The notes beneath the pieces were generated by a model that worked only from the letters and a program-made list of their open reading frames with translations, did not search any database and was not told the DNA's origin. The position numbers and the translations under genes were made by a program. From Candidatus Borrarchaeum weybense (lineage in GTDB: Archaea > Asgardarchaeota > Sifarchaeia > Borrarchaeales > Borrarchaeaceae), in assembly GCA_019057385.1 (NCBI GenBank), contig JAHQJS010000001.1, forward strand, positions 111,791-139,324: DNA of 27,534 bases, given 5' to 3'. Positions 17,304 to 25,800 of the stretch are shown here, one piece after another. Every line of letters begins with the position of its first letter. Position 1 is the stretch's first letter.

Positions 17304-18333
17304 CTCTTTGCTCGTTCCTTTGTCTTCGCTTCTCTTCTATCTCCTCCATTTTCTTTTTAACCGAGTCCCGCTGGTCAGAGTTGTCGTCCCGACTTCCTCG
17401 ATCCCTGTCTCGATCCCGGTCTCTATTGTCGTCCCGACTTTCGCGGCTTCCTCGATCCCTGTCTCTATCTCGATCCCTGTCTCTATCTCGATCCCTGTCT
17501 CTATCTCGGTCGTCCCGACTTTCGCGGCTTCCTCGATCCCTGTCTCTATCTCGATCCCTGTCTCTATCTCGATCCCTGTCTCTATCTCGGTCGTCCCGAC
17601 TTTCGCGGCTTCCTCGATCCTTATCTCTGTCCTTGTCTCTATCATCTTTGTCTTTTGAAGCAGGTGTACCTTTGACAATTCTCTCAACATCGTCATAAGA
17701 AGGAATAAGCAGAACATCATCAAACGGAGGCAAATCTTCATGCCATTCTCTTGGAATACTACTAATCTTTCCAAGGGAGTAGTCACTATAAGGATTTCCT
17801 TTTTTATCCTTACGAACGAATTCCACATCACAGCCATTTACTGGATCGGATACATCGATTATCTCCTTGGTGCGCTTATCCTTCGATGCTCCGCAAATAC
17901 CACTATAAATCGCGGGTGGGCAGTTAAACCACTTTGCTCCTTCGTCCTCAGTATCTCTTGAGGTAGTATCAACCACAAAAAGTAGAATTCTCAAACCGGG
18001 CAAGAGCGGCTTGATCTGATCATTGGATACATTCTGCTTTCGTAGTTCTGCTATGTAGTCACAAACGGCACAGGGTTTATTAAACGTTTCCTGCATGCAG
18101 AGATAAGTACTTCCATTCGCTCCAACATTTGTATGCTGCCATATTTTCTTTCCAAAGCAGCCTTTCTTATTTGGAGTAACAACTCGAATGAAATTATCTC
18201 CTTTCTTAGGTTTGTACTGATTGATACCCAACCTATCTAACACATCCCTGTCGACAAAGTAATACTGGGCGCCTCCTCCACTACTTATATTTGCACCTTC
18301 GTCAATCTCTTTTGCTCGACTTTCTTCTACCAT
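17296..18333 (-). CDS. T4 gp32-like single-stranded DNA-binding protein with an Arg/Asp repeat tail
   Basis: GDNFIRVV, H...YLC...PCAVC zinc site, DVSDPVNGCD; probable start is ATG 18333 after GGAG. Confidence 0.78.
   Translation of the reverse strand: MVEESRAKEIDEGANISSGGGAQYYFVDRDVLDRLGINQYKPKKGDNFIRVVTPNKKGCFGKKIWQHTNVGANGSTYLCMQETFNKPCAVCDYIAELRKQNVSNDQIKPLLPGLRILLFVVDTTSRDTEDEGAKWFNCPPAIYSGICGASKDKRTKEIIDVSDPVNGCDVEFVRKDKKGNPYSDYSLGKISSIPREWHEDLPPFDDVLLIPSYDDVERIVKGTPASKDKDDRDKDRDKDRGSRESRDDRDRDRDRDRDRDRDRDRDRGSRESRDDRDRDRDRDRDRDRDRDRDRGSRESRDDNRDRDRDRDRGSRDDNSDQRDSVKKKMEEIEEKRRQRNEQRDD
17386..17640. repeat. Nested tandem repeat: 81-bp unit (two full copies at 17431-17592 plus partials), each containing three copies of 18-bp CTCGATCCCTGTCTCTAT
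   Basis: Directly visible; encodes GSRESRD(DR)n. Confidence 0.95.
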
Positions 18334-18356
18334 CTCTTTAATCTCCAACTAAAATG

Positions 18357-18452
18357 TTATCGTTTGTGTTTAGACCAGCTTACCATCCGCACCTTCTTCC
18401 GCTTGGCTTTAAGCTTTCGTCTAAGTTTCTTTTTGCCTTTTGGCGTTTTCAT
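18357..18452 (-). CDS. Highly basic 31-aa peptide (MKTPKGKKKLRRKLKAKRKKVRMVSWSKHKR)
   Basis: Manually translated; GGAAGTGA upstream; 17 of 31 residues are K/R. Confidence 0.55.
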   Translation of the reverse strand: MKTPKGKKKLRRKLKAKRKKVRMVSWSKHKR

Positions 18453-18466
18453 CTTATCACTTCCAA

Positions 18467-18599
18467 AATACCAGAGTGAGGACTCCCGATTCTCCACCTC
18501 ATATGCTTCGCTTGTACTCCTCTCTATGTACAGTTATGGGATTAACACTGCTAACGACTAAGCACAGCATTTTATTGATCGTTCTATACCTCTGGTATT
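18467..18599 (-). ncRNA. Candidate structured RNA closed by a perfect 10-bp helix
   Basis: AATACCAGAG (18467-18476) and CTCTGGTATT (18590-18599) inverted repeat, with internal hairpins. Confidence 0.45.
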
Positions 18600-19573
18600 C
18601 AAACCTTATTGACAGGATCATCCTGCCATGATTCAAAGCAGGCTCTTACAATAAGAGCCCCTAGCTGAGTTCTCTTTCCATAAAACGTGCTAACTGAGAA
18701 TACTTTTGTTAATAGATATATGATATCCAGGATGTCCTCCATCTTGTCGTATTTATCAAGCTTCTTGTACAAAAATGTTTGAATGGCTTTTCTAATAGCT
18801 TCACTATCTCCGCTAGTCGCATCAAAAGTGCTTTTGATTTTCTTCCATTGTTTTCTTCTTCTATCAGGAGTCATTGTAAGTAACTTGCACAAATCTATAA
18901 CCGAAGCATCTCTCACCGTACCACTTACTAATATCTCGAGAGCTTCGCTGGTGTCTTCTATTCCAGAAACCTGCTCCAAAGAAACTAATGCTGCTCTTGG
19001 AGAACCATCACAAGTTAATGTTATAGCTTCGATAATATCATCAGAAACATTCAAATCTTTTTTCTTACAAGCCTCTCCCAGGATTTTCTGAATCTCTCTC
19101 CTTGATAATAGATTTACTTCATACTCAGCACATCTATTATGTATTCCTTCGATAATACTTTCTGGATTTGTTGTGCAGAAGATAAAATAACAATGAGATG
19201 GATTATCCTCCAGGATATCCAGAAAACCTTGTTGAGCTCTATTTGTTAACTCGTGAGATTCATCAACAATATATGTTTTAACATGACCGCCAAGGCCAAG
19301 CATTTGGGCATCATCTGCAATTTGTCTGGTTGTTTCAATCCCATTCGTATTATTAGCTTGAACCTTAAAAGTAGACTCATCATTAGAACCAAATTCTTTA
19401 GCAAGAATTCGAGCGATAGTAGTTTTTCCACAACCGTACGGTCCTTTCAAAAGTATCGCATGAGGACGAGAAGCGGGTTTTTTCCTGAGCATGGTTCGAA
19501 GAGCTCCTATCGTCGTAGAATTTCCTACAATTTCCTCAAATGATTCGGGTCTAAGTTCTTGATATAAAGACAT
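18599..19573 (-). CDS. dnaX: Clamp loader ATPase, DnaX (gamma/tau)/RFC-like
   Basis: LYQELRPESFEEIVG, GPYGCGKTT, IVDESHEL, CTTNP, IHNRC, GSPRAAL. Confidence 0.9.
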   Translation of the reverse strand: MSLYQELRPESFEEIVGNSTTIGALRTMLRKKPASRPHAILLKGPYGCGKTTIARILAKEFGSNDESTFKVQANNTNGIETTRQIADDAQMLGLGGHVKTYIVDESHELTNRAQQGFLDILEDNPSHCYFIFCTTNPESIIEGIHNRCAEYEVNLLSRREIQKILGEACKKKDLNVSDDIIEAITLTCDGSPRAALVSLEQVSGIEDTSEALEILVSGTVRDASVIDLCKLLTMTPDRRRKQWKKIKSTFDATSGDSEAIRKAIQTFLYKKLDKYDKMEDILDIIYLLTKVFSVSTFYGKRTQLGALIVRACFESWQDDPVNKV

Positions 19574-19575
19574 GA

Positions 19576-19944
19576 CTACTCCTCTTTTACTAAGGGTGGC
19601 TGCTTTATTTCTTTTTCTACTTTGGATATCACATACAAAACATGATTGGCAAAGCTCTTAGCCTTCTTAGCTTCCATTATTACCATATCCGGCCAAGGAC
19701 TTTTATGCTTAAATACGTGATAAGCCATCCTAAGTCGATCCCATATTCCCCATCGCCCATGTGTAGGATGACCAAACTCCCAAAATGAAAATTCTATAAA
19801 AGGCGCCCCTTGGCAATCCCTTAATCTCTTATCCTCACTCACTAAAATTTCTCCTTCCTCCTCATCAAATAAATCTGATGAAGTAACAGCGATTCCTTCG
19901 CCCATACAATCACAAGGGAATACTTTGGTTGGTTTTTCGAACAT
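19576..19944 (-). CDS. Hypothetical protein
   Basis: AGGAG RBS; first gene after the promoter. Confidence 0.65.
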   Translation of the reverse strand: MFEKPTKVFPCDCMGEGIAVTSSDLFDEEEGEILVSEDKRLRDCQGAPFIEFSFWEFGHPTHGRWGIWDRLRMAYHVFKHKSPWPDMVIMEAKKAKSFANHVLYVISKVEKEIKQPPLVKEE

Positions 19945-19959
19945 TCCTATTCTCCTATC

Positions 19960-20000
19960 TATAGTAATTATACATTTTCGATCCTTCTACATTAAGATTT
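19960..20000 (-). promoter_or_regulatory. Promoter with TATAAT -10 box
   Basis: Minus strand CTTAATGTAGAAGGATCGAAAATGTATAATTACTATAG in an intergenic gap. Confidence 0.55.
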
Positions 20001-22679
20001 TCAAGAGGCTGCGACCATGAAATTATCCAACTCAATTCTTTCATCCTTCAGGCACACATACTTTTTATCTTCTCTAATTGATATTGGTTTCATCTCGTAC
20101 CAATTCCAACCTATCTCCCATTCAACACTTAAAGGAATACCTCTTTGCCACTCGTACCTCTCGGAACACATTATTTCCGTAACTATATTAATCAGCTCAT
20201 CCACTTCTTCTATTATCGCATCAAAAGCCATACTATCATGAACTTCCATATTCGCGAATGATTTTAATTTTCTTTTCCTAAACTCCGCTCCAACTCTAAT
20301 CAAAGCATCAAGCAAGAGATGGAAAGACACTCCTTGGATCAGATTGTTGTATAACTGATTAATGGATAATGGACCTATTCTTCTCCATCCATTAACTGCT
20401 TCAACATAACCATCCTGCATGTAATCACGAATCATTTTATTTTGCCATTCCTTGACATAATGATACTCCTCCCAGAATTCCTTCTGAACTTGCTTTACGT
20501 GATCAGGAGAAAGGTCAGGGAAAGATCTAACAATGCTGGTATCCTTTGAGCCGTAAAAACTTGGAAAAACAAATCCATTTTTTATTCCATATCTTTGATC
20601 TTTCGTTACGTCCTCAACGGGCTTTCGATACATTTTAGATGTCCATCTCCAGTGAGTATCAAAAGGATTATGTCCACCTTCTGGATGTTCCTCATCCCAC
20701 TTCTTTCCCTCTCGGATTTGCCTGATAAGTTCTGGATCTCCAGAAAACATAGCTATACCCTTAACCTCCATGCCGCTATAGTCAACCTCAGGCATAATTC
20801 TGCCAATAGATGGAACAATACATTTTCTAAATATAAGAAGCTCTTTATCATGCTTAAACACGTTTTGGATATTTGGACTATCTGCAGAAGATCTATAGGT
20901 ATCGGCCATGTTCAAATTATATGATGGATGAACATATCCATATTTATCCATGACATTTCTATAATTGGTAGCTCGTTCTGTTAAACTACAGGTCTTCCTA
21001 AATCTAAGAAGCGCATTGATCAGAGTCCTTACTTCTTCATTATCTGTAACCTCCATAATTATTGGAAGAGCATTCTTATCAGTACACAACTTTTTATTCT
21101 TTATCTTCGGTAGCTTCCTATTTTTCGTTGGATCAATCTTGTAAGTATTCTTTAAAATGGCAGCCACTTGAGGCGATGAATCTGGATTAAACTCCTTTTC
21201 ATTCTCTTCTTCATACTGCCTAACTCCAGATAAAGCTTTCATCTCAGATATTCTAAGCTCTCTCTCGGATAGATACTTATCCTCAAGTTCTTTAAGAACA
21301 TCCAAATCTATTCTATTTCCCCTCTCCCTCATGCTCACCAATTCCTTCGCTCCTTCAAGATAGAACTTATAGAATTCTCCAACACCTGGATTTGCCTCAA
21401 AGAATGCTTTCTGATCATAGTAAGACATTAATGTGTATCTACCATCGAAGCAGTTATAATTGCAAACCTTATCCAATGGTTCAGAAGATATGTTCTTAAC
21501 ATCAACCATTCCCTTGTAGCTATGCCCAGCCAGCATAAGCGCTTGAAATCCCAAGCCGGTTGTATTCGAATTATTATTTATCACGTGAGCGGCGATCATG
21601 GTATCATGAATAATGTTATCCGCTGGTTGATCCAAAAACATCCTACCCCATATTTCTTCCATGTTGATATTCTGTACTACCTTTGGAACTCTACTCCTTA
21701 AAAATTCTCTCCAAGCGTCTAGAATTACTTCTTGTTCCCGACGACTAAAAATAGCGGTGCCATTATCATTTGATAACTTTAGAGGAATAACTCCCCCATA
21801 GTCCACATGATTAGCTGCTGATATAGTTAGTAAATCCGCAGTTTCCAACCAAGGGAATAATTCTGTAGCCTCATAGTCATAGGCCGTTGGTTTGTTTTCT
21901 CGGATTAGATTTTTAATAAACTCAACTGCTTCATCAACATTAGTTAAATGCCTGTTGCCTTCTCTAGATAAAGGTCGGGGCAGAGGTTGATCAAGATATG
22001 AAATTATGTTAGCCAAATCATATCCTAGAATGATTTCGTCATCTGGATACTTGTCCTTCTTCTGACTTCGATATCTAAAAAACGCGGGATGATAAGAACA
22101 TCCTACCCAGCAATTAAACTCATGAAATGGTACAACTTTTCCATGCATCTGCCCGGCTGTGAAACCTTTCATATTCAAAGTTTTTAGAATAGCGTTTATC
22201 GCAGGTCCGCCCAGGCATATAATTAACTTAGGTTGAGTTTCTTCAATATCTTTTAATATTCTTTCACTGCAGCATTTATACTGTTCTTTTGTAGGCTCTT
22301 TATCCTCTCCTCTATCATTCTGTCCTGGATAACATTGAACAATATTCTGTCTCCAGCAGTCTGCGTCCATATCTATTCCAACATACTCAAACATCCTCTT
22401 CAAAAGTCTTCCGGATGGACCGACTAAAGGTTTACCTTTCCTATCCTCTACTCTTCCTGGGCATTGTCCTATGATAAGAATTTTCTTCCTTCCATCTCCG
22501 AACCTTTCCATCTTGGGGGTTCTGCACCTTCTATGGAGCCCACAAGTATCACAGTCGTAAATCTTCTTAGCCTTCGGTCGCCCACCACAAGCGGGTCGTT
22601 TCTTTCTCTCAAACTTCTCAGGATGCTCCTTCTGAAAAATCTCCCACTTGCTCATGAAGAAAGCTGGCTGTTTTCCCAT
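20001..22679 (-). CDS. polA: Family A DNA polymerase with N-terminal family-4 UDG-like domain and 3'-5' exonuclease
   Basis: UDG: CxxC...GQCPG..ED..GKPLVGPSG...YHPA. Exonuclease: DYE, HDTM, YNCFD. Polymerase: PNIQN, DYSGME, R...K....F...YG, VHDS. Confidence 0.93.
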   Translation of the reverse strand: MGKQPAFFMSKWEIFQKEHPEKFERKKRPACGGRPKAKKIYDCDTCGLHRRCRTPKMERFGDGRKKILIIGQCPGRVEDRKGKPLVGPSGRLLKRMFEYVGIDMDADCWRQNIVQCYPGQNDRGEDKEPTKEQYKCCSERILKDIEETQPKLIICLGGPAINAILKTLNMKGFTAGQMHGKVVPFHEFNCWVGCSYHPAFFRYRSQKKDKYPDDEIILGYDLANIISYLDQPLPRPLSREGNRHLTNVDEAVEFIKNLIRENKPTAYDYEATELFPWLETADLLTISAANHVDYGGVIPLKLSNDNGTAIFSRREQEVILDAWREFLRSRVPKVVQNINMEEIWGRMFLDQPADNIIHDTMIAAHVINNNSNTTGLGFQALMLAGHSYKGMVDVKNISSEPLDKVCNYNCFDGRYTLMSYYDQKAFFEANPGVGEFYKFYLEGAKELVSMRERGNRIDLDVLKELEDKYLSERELRISEMKALSGVRQYEEENEKEFNPDSSPQVAAILKNTYKIDPTKNRKLPKIKNKKLCTDKNALPIIMEVTDNEEVRTLINALLRFRKTCSLTERATNYRNVMDKYGYVHPSYNLNMADTYRSSADSPNIQNVFKHDKELLIFRKCIVPSIGRIMPEVDYSGMEVKGIAMFSGDPELIRQIREGKKWDEEHPEGGHNPFDTHWRWTSKMYRKPVEDVTKDQRYGIKNGFVFPSFYGSKDTSIVRSFPDLSPDHVKQVQKEFWEEYHYVKEWQNKMIRDYMQDGYVEAVNGWRRIGPLSINQLYNNLIQGVSFHLLLDALIRVGAEFRKRKLKSFANMEVHDSMAFDAIIEEVDELINIVTEIMCSERYEWQRGIPLSVEWEIGWNWYEMKPISIREDKKYVCLKDERIELDNFMVAAS

Positions 22680-23740
22680 TACTCTTCCTCTCTTACTTGT
22701 GTTACATACCGTAACTTATCTGCCTCAAGAAGGATTAATCCCATCGTATCATAATACTTAAAGTACGGACAAAGGCCAATGATATCTTTCAAGAACATTG
22801 GATTAACCGTAATTTCTACTTTGCCCTCTCCTGAGGATGATATCTCAATTTCATCAACAAGAGTATTCTTCGTTCCCTCCAGTAATTTATCTTTAGAAGT
22901 AATCGTCGCTTCATTTCCTGAGATTTGAATGATAGATTCCTTATCAATTAGGTCAACGTGAGAAAGAAAAGTCACATGCCTCTCCATTACATCAAAAATC
23001 TCAGCTGGGAATCTTATTTCCTCATATTCTCCAGTGGCCGGGAAATACTTCAAAACATCTGGATATTCTCCAGATATACCCGTCGTACTAACGATCGTTC
23101 CATCCTTTAGAATAGCAGACAATTCCTTTCCCTCTTTTAACTTGGTAAAACTCAGTTTTTCTATCTCTTCTCGATGCTTCACTATAATATCAACAAACTT
23201 TGGAGATACTGAGCAAGAAATCGGAATAGTATTCTCCAACCTCCATTCAACTACTCTAAACCTATCTGTAGCAATAAGAATATCTTTATCAATCATAACT
23301 CCACGCACCGGGCCGGCGGTTTGGTCTTTAGAAACATACATCCTGCAAATTCTCAATCCCTTTATCAAATCTTGAATATCCTTCTCATCCTCAATGATTG
23401 TATTGGACATAGTTGCTTCTTTCAAAGAAACATCTTTCAAAACCTGAAACGTTCCTTTAACTCTATTCGTCCTGACCTTGACTTCATCGCCATCAAAAAT
23501 CAACTCGATTTGATCATCCTCAAGACTTCTAAGGAGTTTCAAAAACGACTCAGCAGGAATTCCACAATCCTTTTCTATTCCTTCAAGTAATGTAGTACTA
23601 ATTAAAACGCGGCCATTCCATCCTTGAAGTATATTTTTGAATATCTTGAAATACGAATAGTGCGGAACGATCGGATTTAGCGCGATAGCTGGATACACTT
23701 TTTCCAACTGTTCAAGTAATTTTTCTCGATTCAACTTCAT
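22679..23740 (-). CDS. dnaN: Beta-type DNA sliding clamp
   Basis: About 353 aa; IATDRFRV, GEYPDV, VNPMFLKD; probable start MKLNREKL. Confidence 0.8.
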   Translation of the reverse strand: MKLNREKLLEQLEKVYPAIALNPIVPHYSYFKIFKNILQGWNGRVLISTTLLEGIEKDCGIPAESFLKLLRSLEDDQIELIFDGDEVKVRTNRVKGTFQVLKDVSLKEATMSNTIIEDEKDIQDLIKGLRICRMYVSKDQTAGPVRGVMIDKDILIATDRFRVVEWRLENTIPISCSVSPKFVDIIVKHREEIEKLSFTKLKEGKELSAILKDGTIVSTTGISGEYPDVLKYFPATGEYEEIRFPAEIFDVMERHVTFLSHVDLIDKESIIQISGNEATITSKDKLLEGTKNTLVDEIEISSSGEGKVEITVNPMFLKDIIGLCPYFKYYDTMGLILLEADKLRYVTQVREEE

Positions 23741-23755
23741 TCTAACTTCTCCCAA

Positions 23756-24742
23756 TTAAAATAACCTTTTGCATGATCTTCGATTTTTTTCCTCCTCCTT
23801 GAAGTGCTCATCTCTATACCTTAAAAAATCATCGAAAAATCTAAAGTTAGCTCTAGCTCTTTCAAGCGATTCTGTCTCCATTTTCTTCATATCTATTCCG
23901 ATAGACTCAAAGTAGTTATGTATCATATCCTGCGTTTCTTTATCCGGAAATTGATTTCTATAATGTGTAGCTACCGTATCCTTCTTCAAGCCTATCTCAG
24001 AAACACATATACGTTTTGGAATTTCTCCATATTGTGGATTTCCAGAGGGATCAAGAATTGGCAAATATACAATACCAAATGCCGCACTCTTTATCCAATT
24101 TGTACTGTCAACAGAGTACCAATTAAATCTCGACATAACAGGAACTGAAGTCAATCCAAATCCATGAACTTTAACTTCTCTGCCGCAGTTCTTAATTATA
24201 TTCCAAGCTGCCACACCAAACTTAGTCATATAATTGTAGCTAAACAGGCCAGCACTTACACCACCTCCAAGTGCTATGTAATCATATTTCTGAACTATCT
24301 GTTTCAGATACTCGAAATGAGCTTCCTGAATCATGGCATCTTCTTGCTTCTTGTGATAATGGAAAACCGCAACAGGCTTTAATCCAGCCGCTTCCATTCG
24401 CTCCTGCATTCTCATAGTCTTTTCTGGATTACCTACAAAGTCCAAGTTAGCATAAGCGTATAGTCGATGATTCCATTCCTTAATAAATTTTATATAGTTA
24501 TCCAAGTACTTCTCTTCATCGGCCTCTGTAACAACCTTACCCTGCATTGTCATCTGATGATCCCAACTATATGCACCAGAGTCCAAGAAAATTTTGAATG
24601 TAGGATATGTTTTGAATGCTTTGACTAATCTATCTTGATACCAAAAAGATTCAAGAGTATAAACTTCTTTCCTTTCAAGCATCTGCATCAACTCGGGATA
24701 GGACATCCCGTAATTAGCCACGCCAGCATGGTAAACATGCAT
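23756..24742 (-). CDS. tRNA/DNA-guanine transglycosylase-like (TGT/DpdA-like) protein
   Basis: IFLDSGAYS, NLD, VFH, YIALGG, VHGFG, YSVDSTNW TIM-barrel motifs; adjacent to queC. Confidence 0.8.
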   Translation of the reverse strand: MHVYHAGVANYGMSYPELMQMLERKEVYTLESFWYQDRLVKAFKTYPTFKIFLDSGAYSWDHQMTMQGKVVTEADEEKYLDNYIKFIKEWNHRLYAYANLDFVGNPEKTMRMQERMEAAGLKPVAVFHYHKKQEDAMIQEAHFEYLKQIVQKYDYIALGGGVSAGLFSYNYMTKFGVAAWNIIKNCGREVKVHGFGLTSVPVMSRFNWYSVDSTNWIKSAAFGIVYLPILDPSGNPQYGEIPKRICVSEIGLKKDTVATHYRNQFPDKETQDMIHNYFESIGIDMKKMETESLERARANFRFFDDFLRYRDEHFKEEEKNRRSCKRLF

Positions 24743-24776
24743 ATCTGCTCCTCCATCTACTCTTCGTTCGGCAAAT

Positions 24777-25790
24777 CTATGTATGTTCTATATCCTCAAG
24801 ATACTCCCATTCCATAGCCTTATCATCAATTAATACATCATATTGAGGCTTACCAAATTCTATACCATCATATTGAACGTTATTCGCCTCCAGCCACATG
24901 CTTGTAACTTGACAATCCTCTGGATATCGGCTTGTCCACAAAATTATCTCTGCTCCAGCCAGATAGAGCAAGTTCACTTTCTTAATCACATCCATCTTCG
25001 GGGTCCTAGTTGCATAATCATGTCCTTCTGTCTCTTCAGTTAGAACACCATCAATATCAACTCGATATATTTTTCCAAGATATTTATGTTTGAACTTTCT
25101 GGCGAATTCGTCTATAGCCACGTGTATAGAAGCGTTCCTCTCAATTGTATAATGTTCTTGCCGTGCTCGAATAAGATAATCCTTCATCAGCACGAGATTA
25201 TAAAAAGGTGTTTCAATACCATTAACCCAAAGAGCGTTCCATTTTCTAAAACAACATTGGCACTTCCCACAATATCGTTTTATACTTGTTCCATTATCCT
25301 TATCTGGTGTATAACAACTTATAGTTTGATGAAGCTTATCCCAATTTCCCGGATAAGTATCTATATACCACTTGACAATTTCCGCTTTAGTCATATTCCA
25401 AAATGGACTAGTAACTTTTATCGGCCTATCATTAAGACTAGTCAACAAAGTTGACATTTCCTTAAAAGCTTCTGGAGTCTTATCATTAACCTTATCATCC
25501 TTCAAACCACAAATGATAATTTCATCTCCATACTTGCAAGCTAACATAGCGAGATATAAATTCCTCATTGGAATATGCGCTGCAGTATCACTCGGGATTT
25601 GTCTTGAAGCAAGATTAAGAGAGTTATCAATAATGGTATCTGGAATCAATTCTTTAATTACCCGAATCTCATAATCGCTATACGGCGTTCTTAGATTAAA
25701 GTATACCGTCTTTGGTCTTCCAAGATATCTATAAGCGATAAATGAATCGATTCCGCCACTGAATAAAAGTACTCTTTTGTCTTCACTCAT
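24777..25790 (-). CDS. queC: QueC-like 7-cyano-7-deazaguanine synthase fused to a C-terminal HAD phosphatase
   Basis: FSGGIDS PP-loop, IPMRN, PFWNMTKAEIV, SCY...CGKCQCC; then VDIDGVL...WTSR...FGKP...IDDKA. Confidence 0.85.
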   Translation of the reverse strand: MSEDKRVLLFSGGIDSFIAYRYLGRPKTVYFNLRTPYSDYEIRVIKELIPDTIIDNSLNLASRQIPSDTAAHIPMRNLYLAMLACKYGDEIIICGLKDDKVNDKTPEAFKEMSTLLTSLNDRPIKVTSPFWNMTKAEIVKWYIDTYPGNWDKLHQTISCYTPDKDNGTSIKRYCGKCQCCFRKWNALWVNGIETPFYNLVLMKDYLIRARQEHYTIERNASIHVAIDEFARKFKHKYLGKIYRVDIDGVLTEETEGHDYATRTPKMDVIKKVNLLYLAGAEIILWTSRYPEDCQVTSMWLEANNVQYDGIEFGKPQYDVLIDDKAMEWEYLEDIEHT

Positions 25791-25800
25791 TTTTAACTCC

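Noticed and set aside
17386-17640. Repeat array as a CRISPR
   Set aside because: No unique spacers, units are in-frame multiples of 3 within a CDS, and there are no cas genes
17337-17837. Alternative-frame ORFs over the repeat (IETGIE-, SIPVSI- and SRSL-repeat proteins)
   Set aside because: By-products of a stop-free tandem repeat inside the SSB gene; no independent RBS or domain
18467-18599. Assignment of the element as a lysine or cobalamin riboswitch or a twister ribozyme
   Set aside because: Only short fragments resemble them (AGAGGU, CCCAUAACUGUA, UAACACUGC); the other conserved core motifs are absent
23741-23755. Met-Gly N-terminus for the clamp as a deazaguanylation target
   Set aside because: That start is a TTG overlapping the RBS; the real start is more likely ATG 23740 (MKLN)
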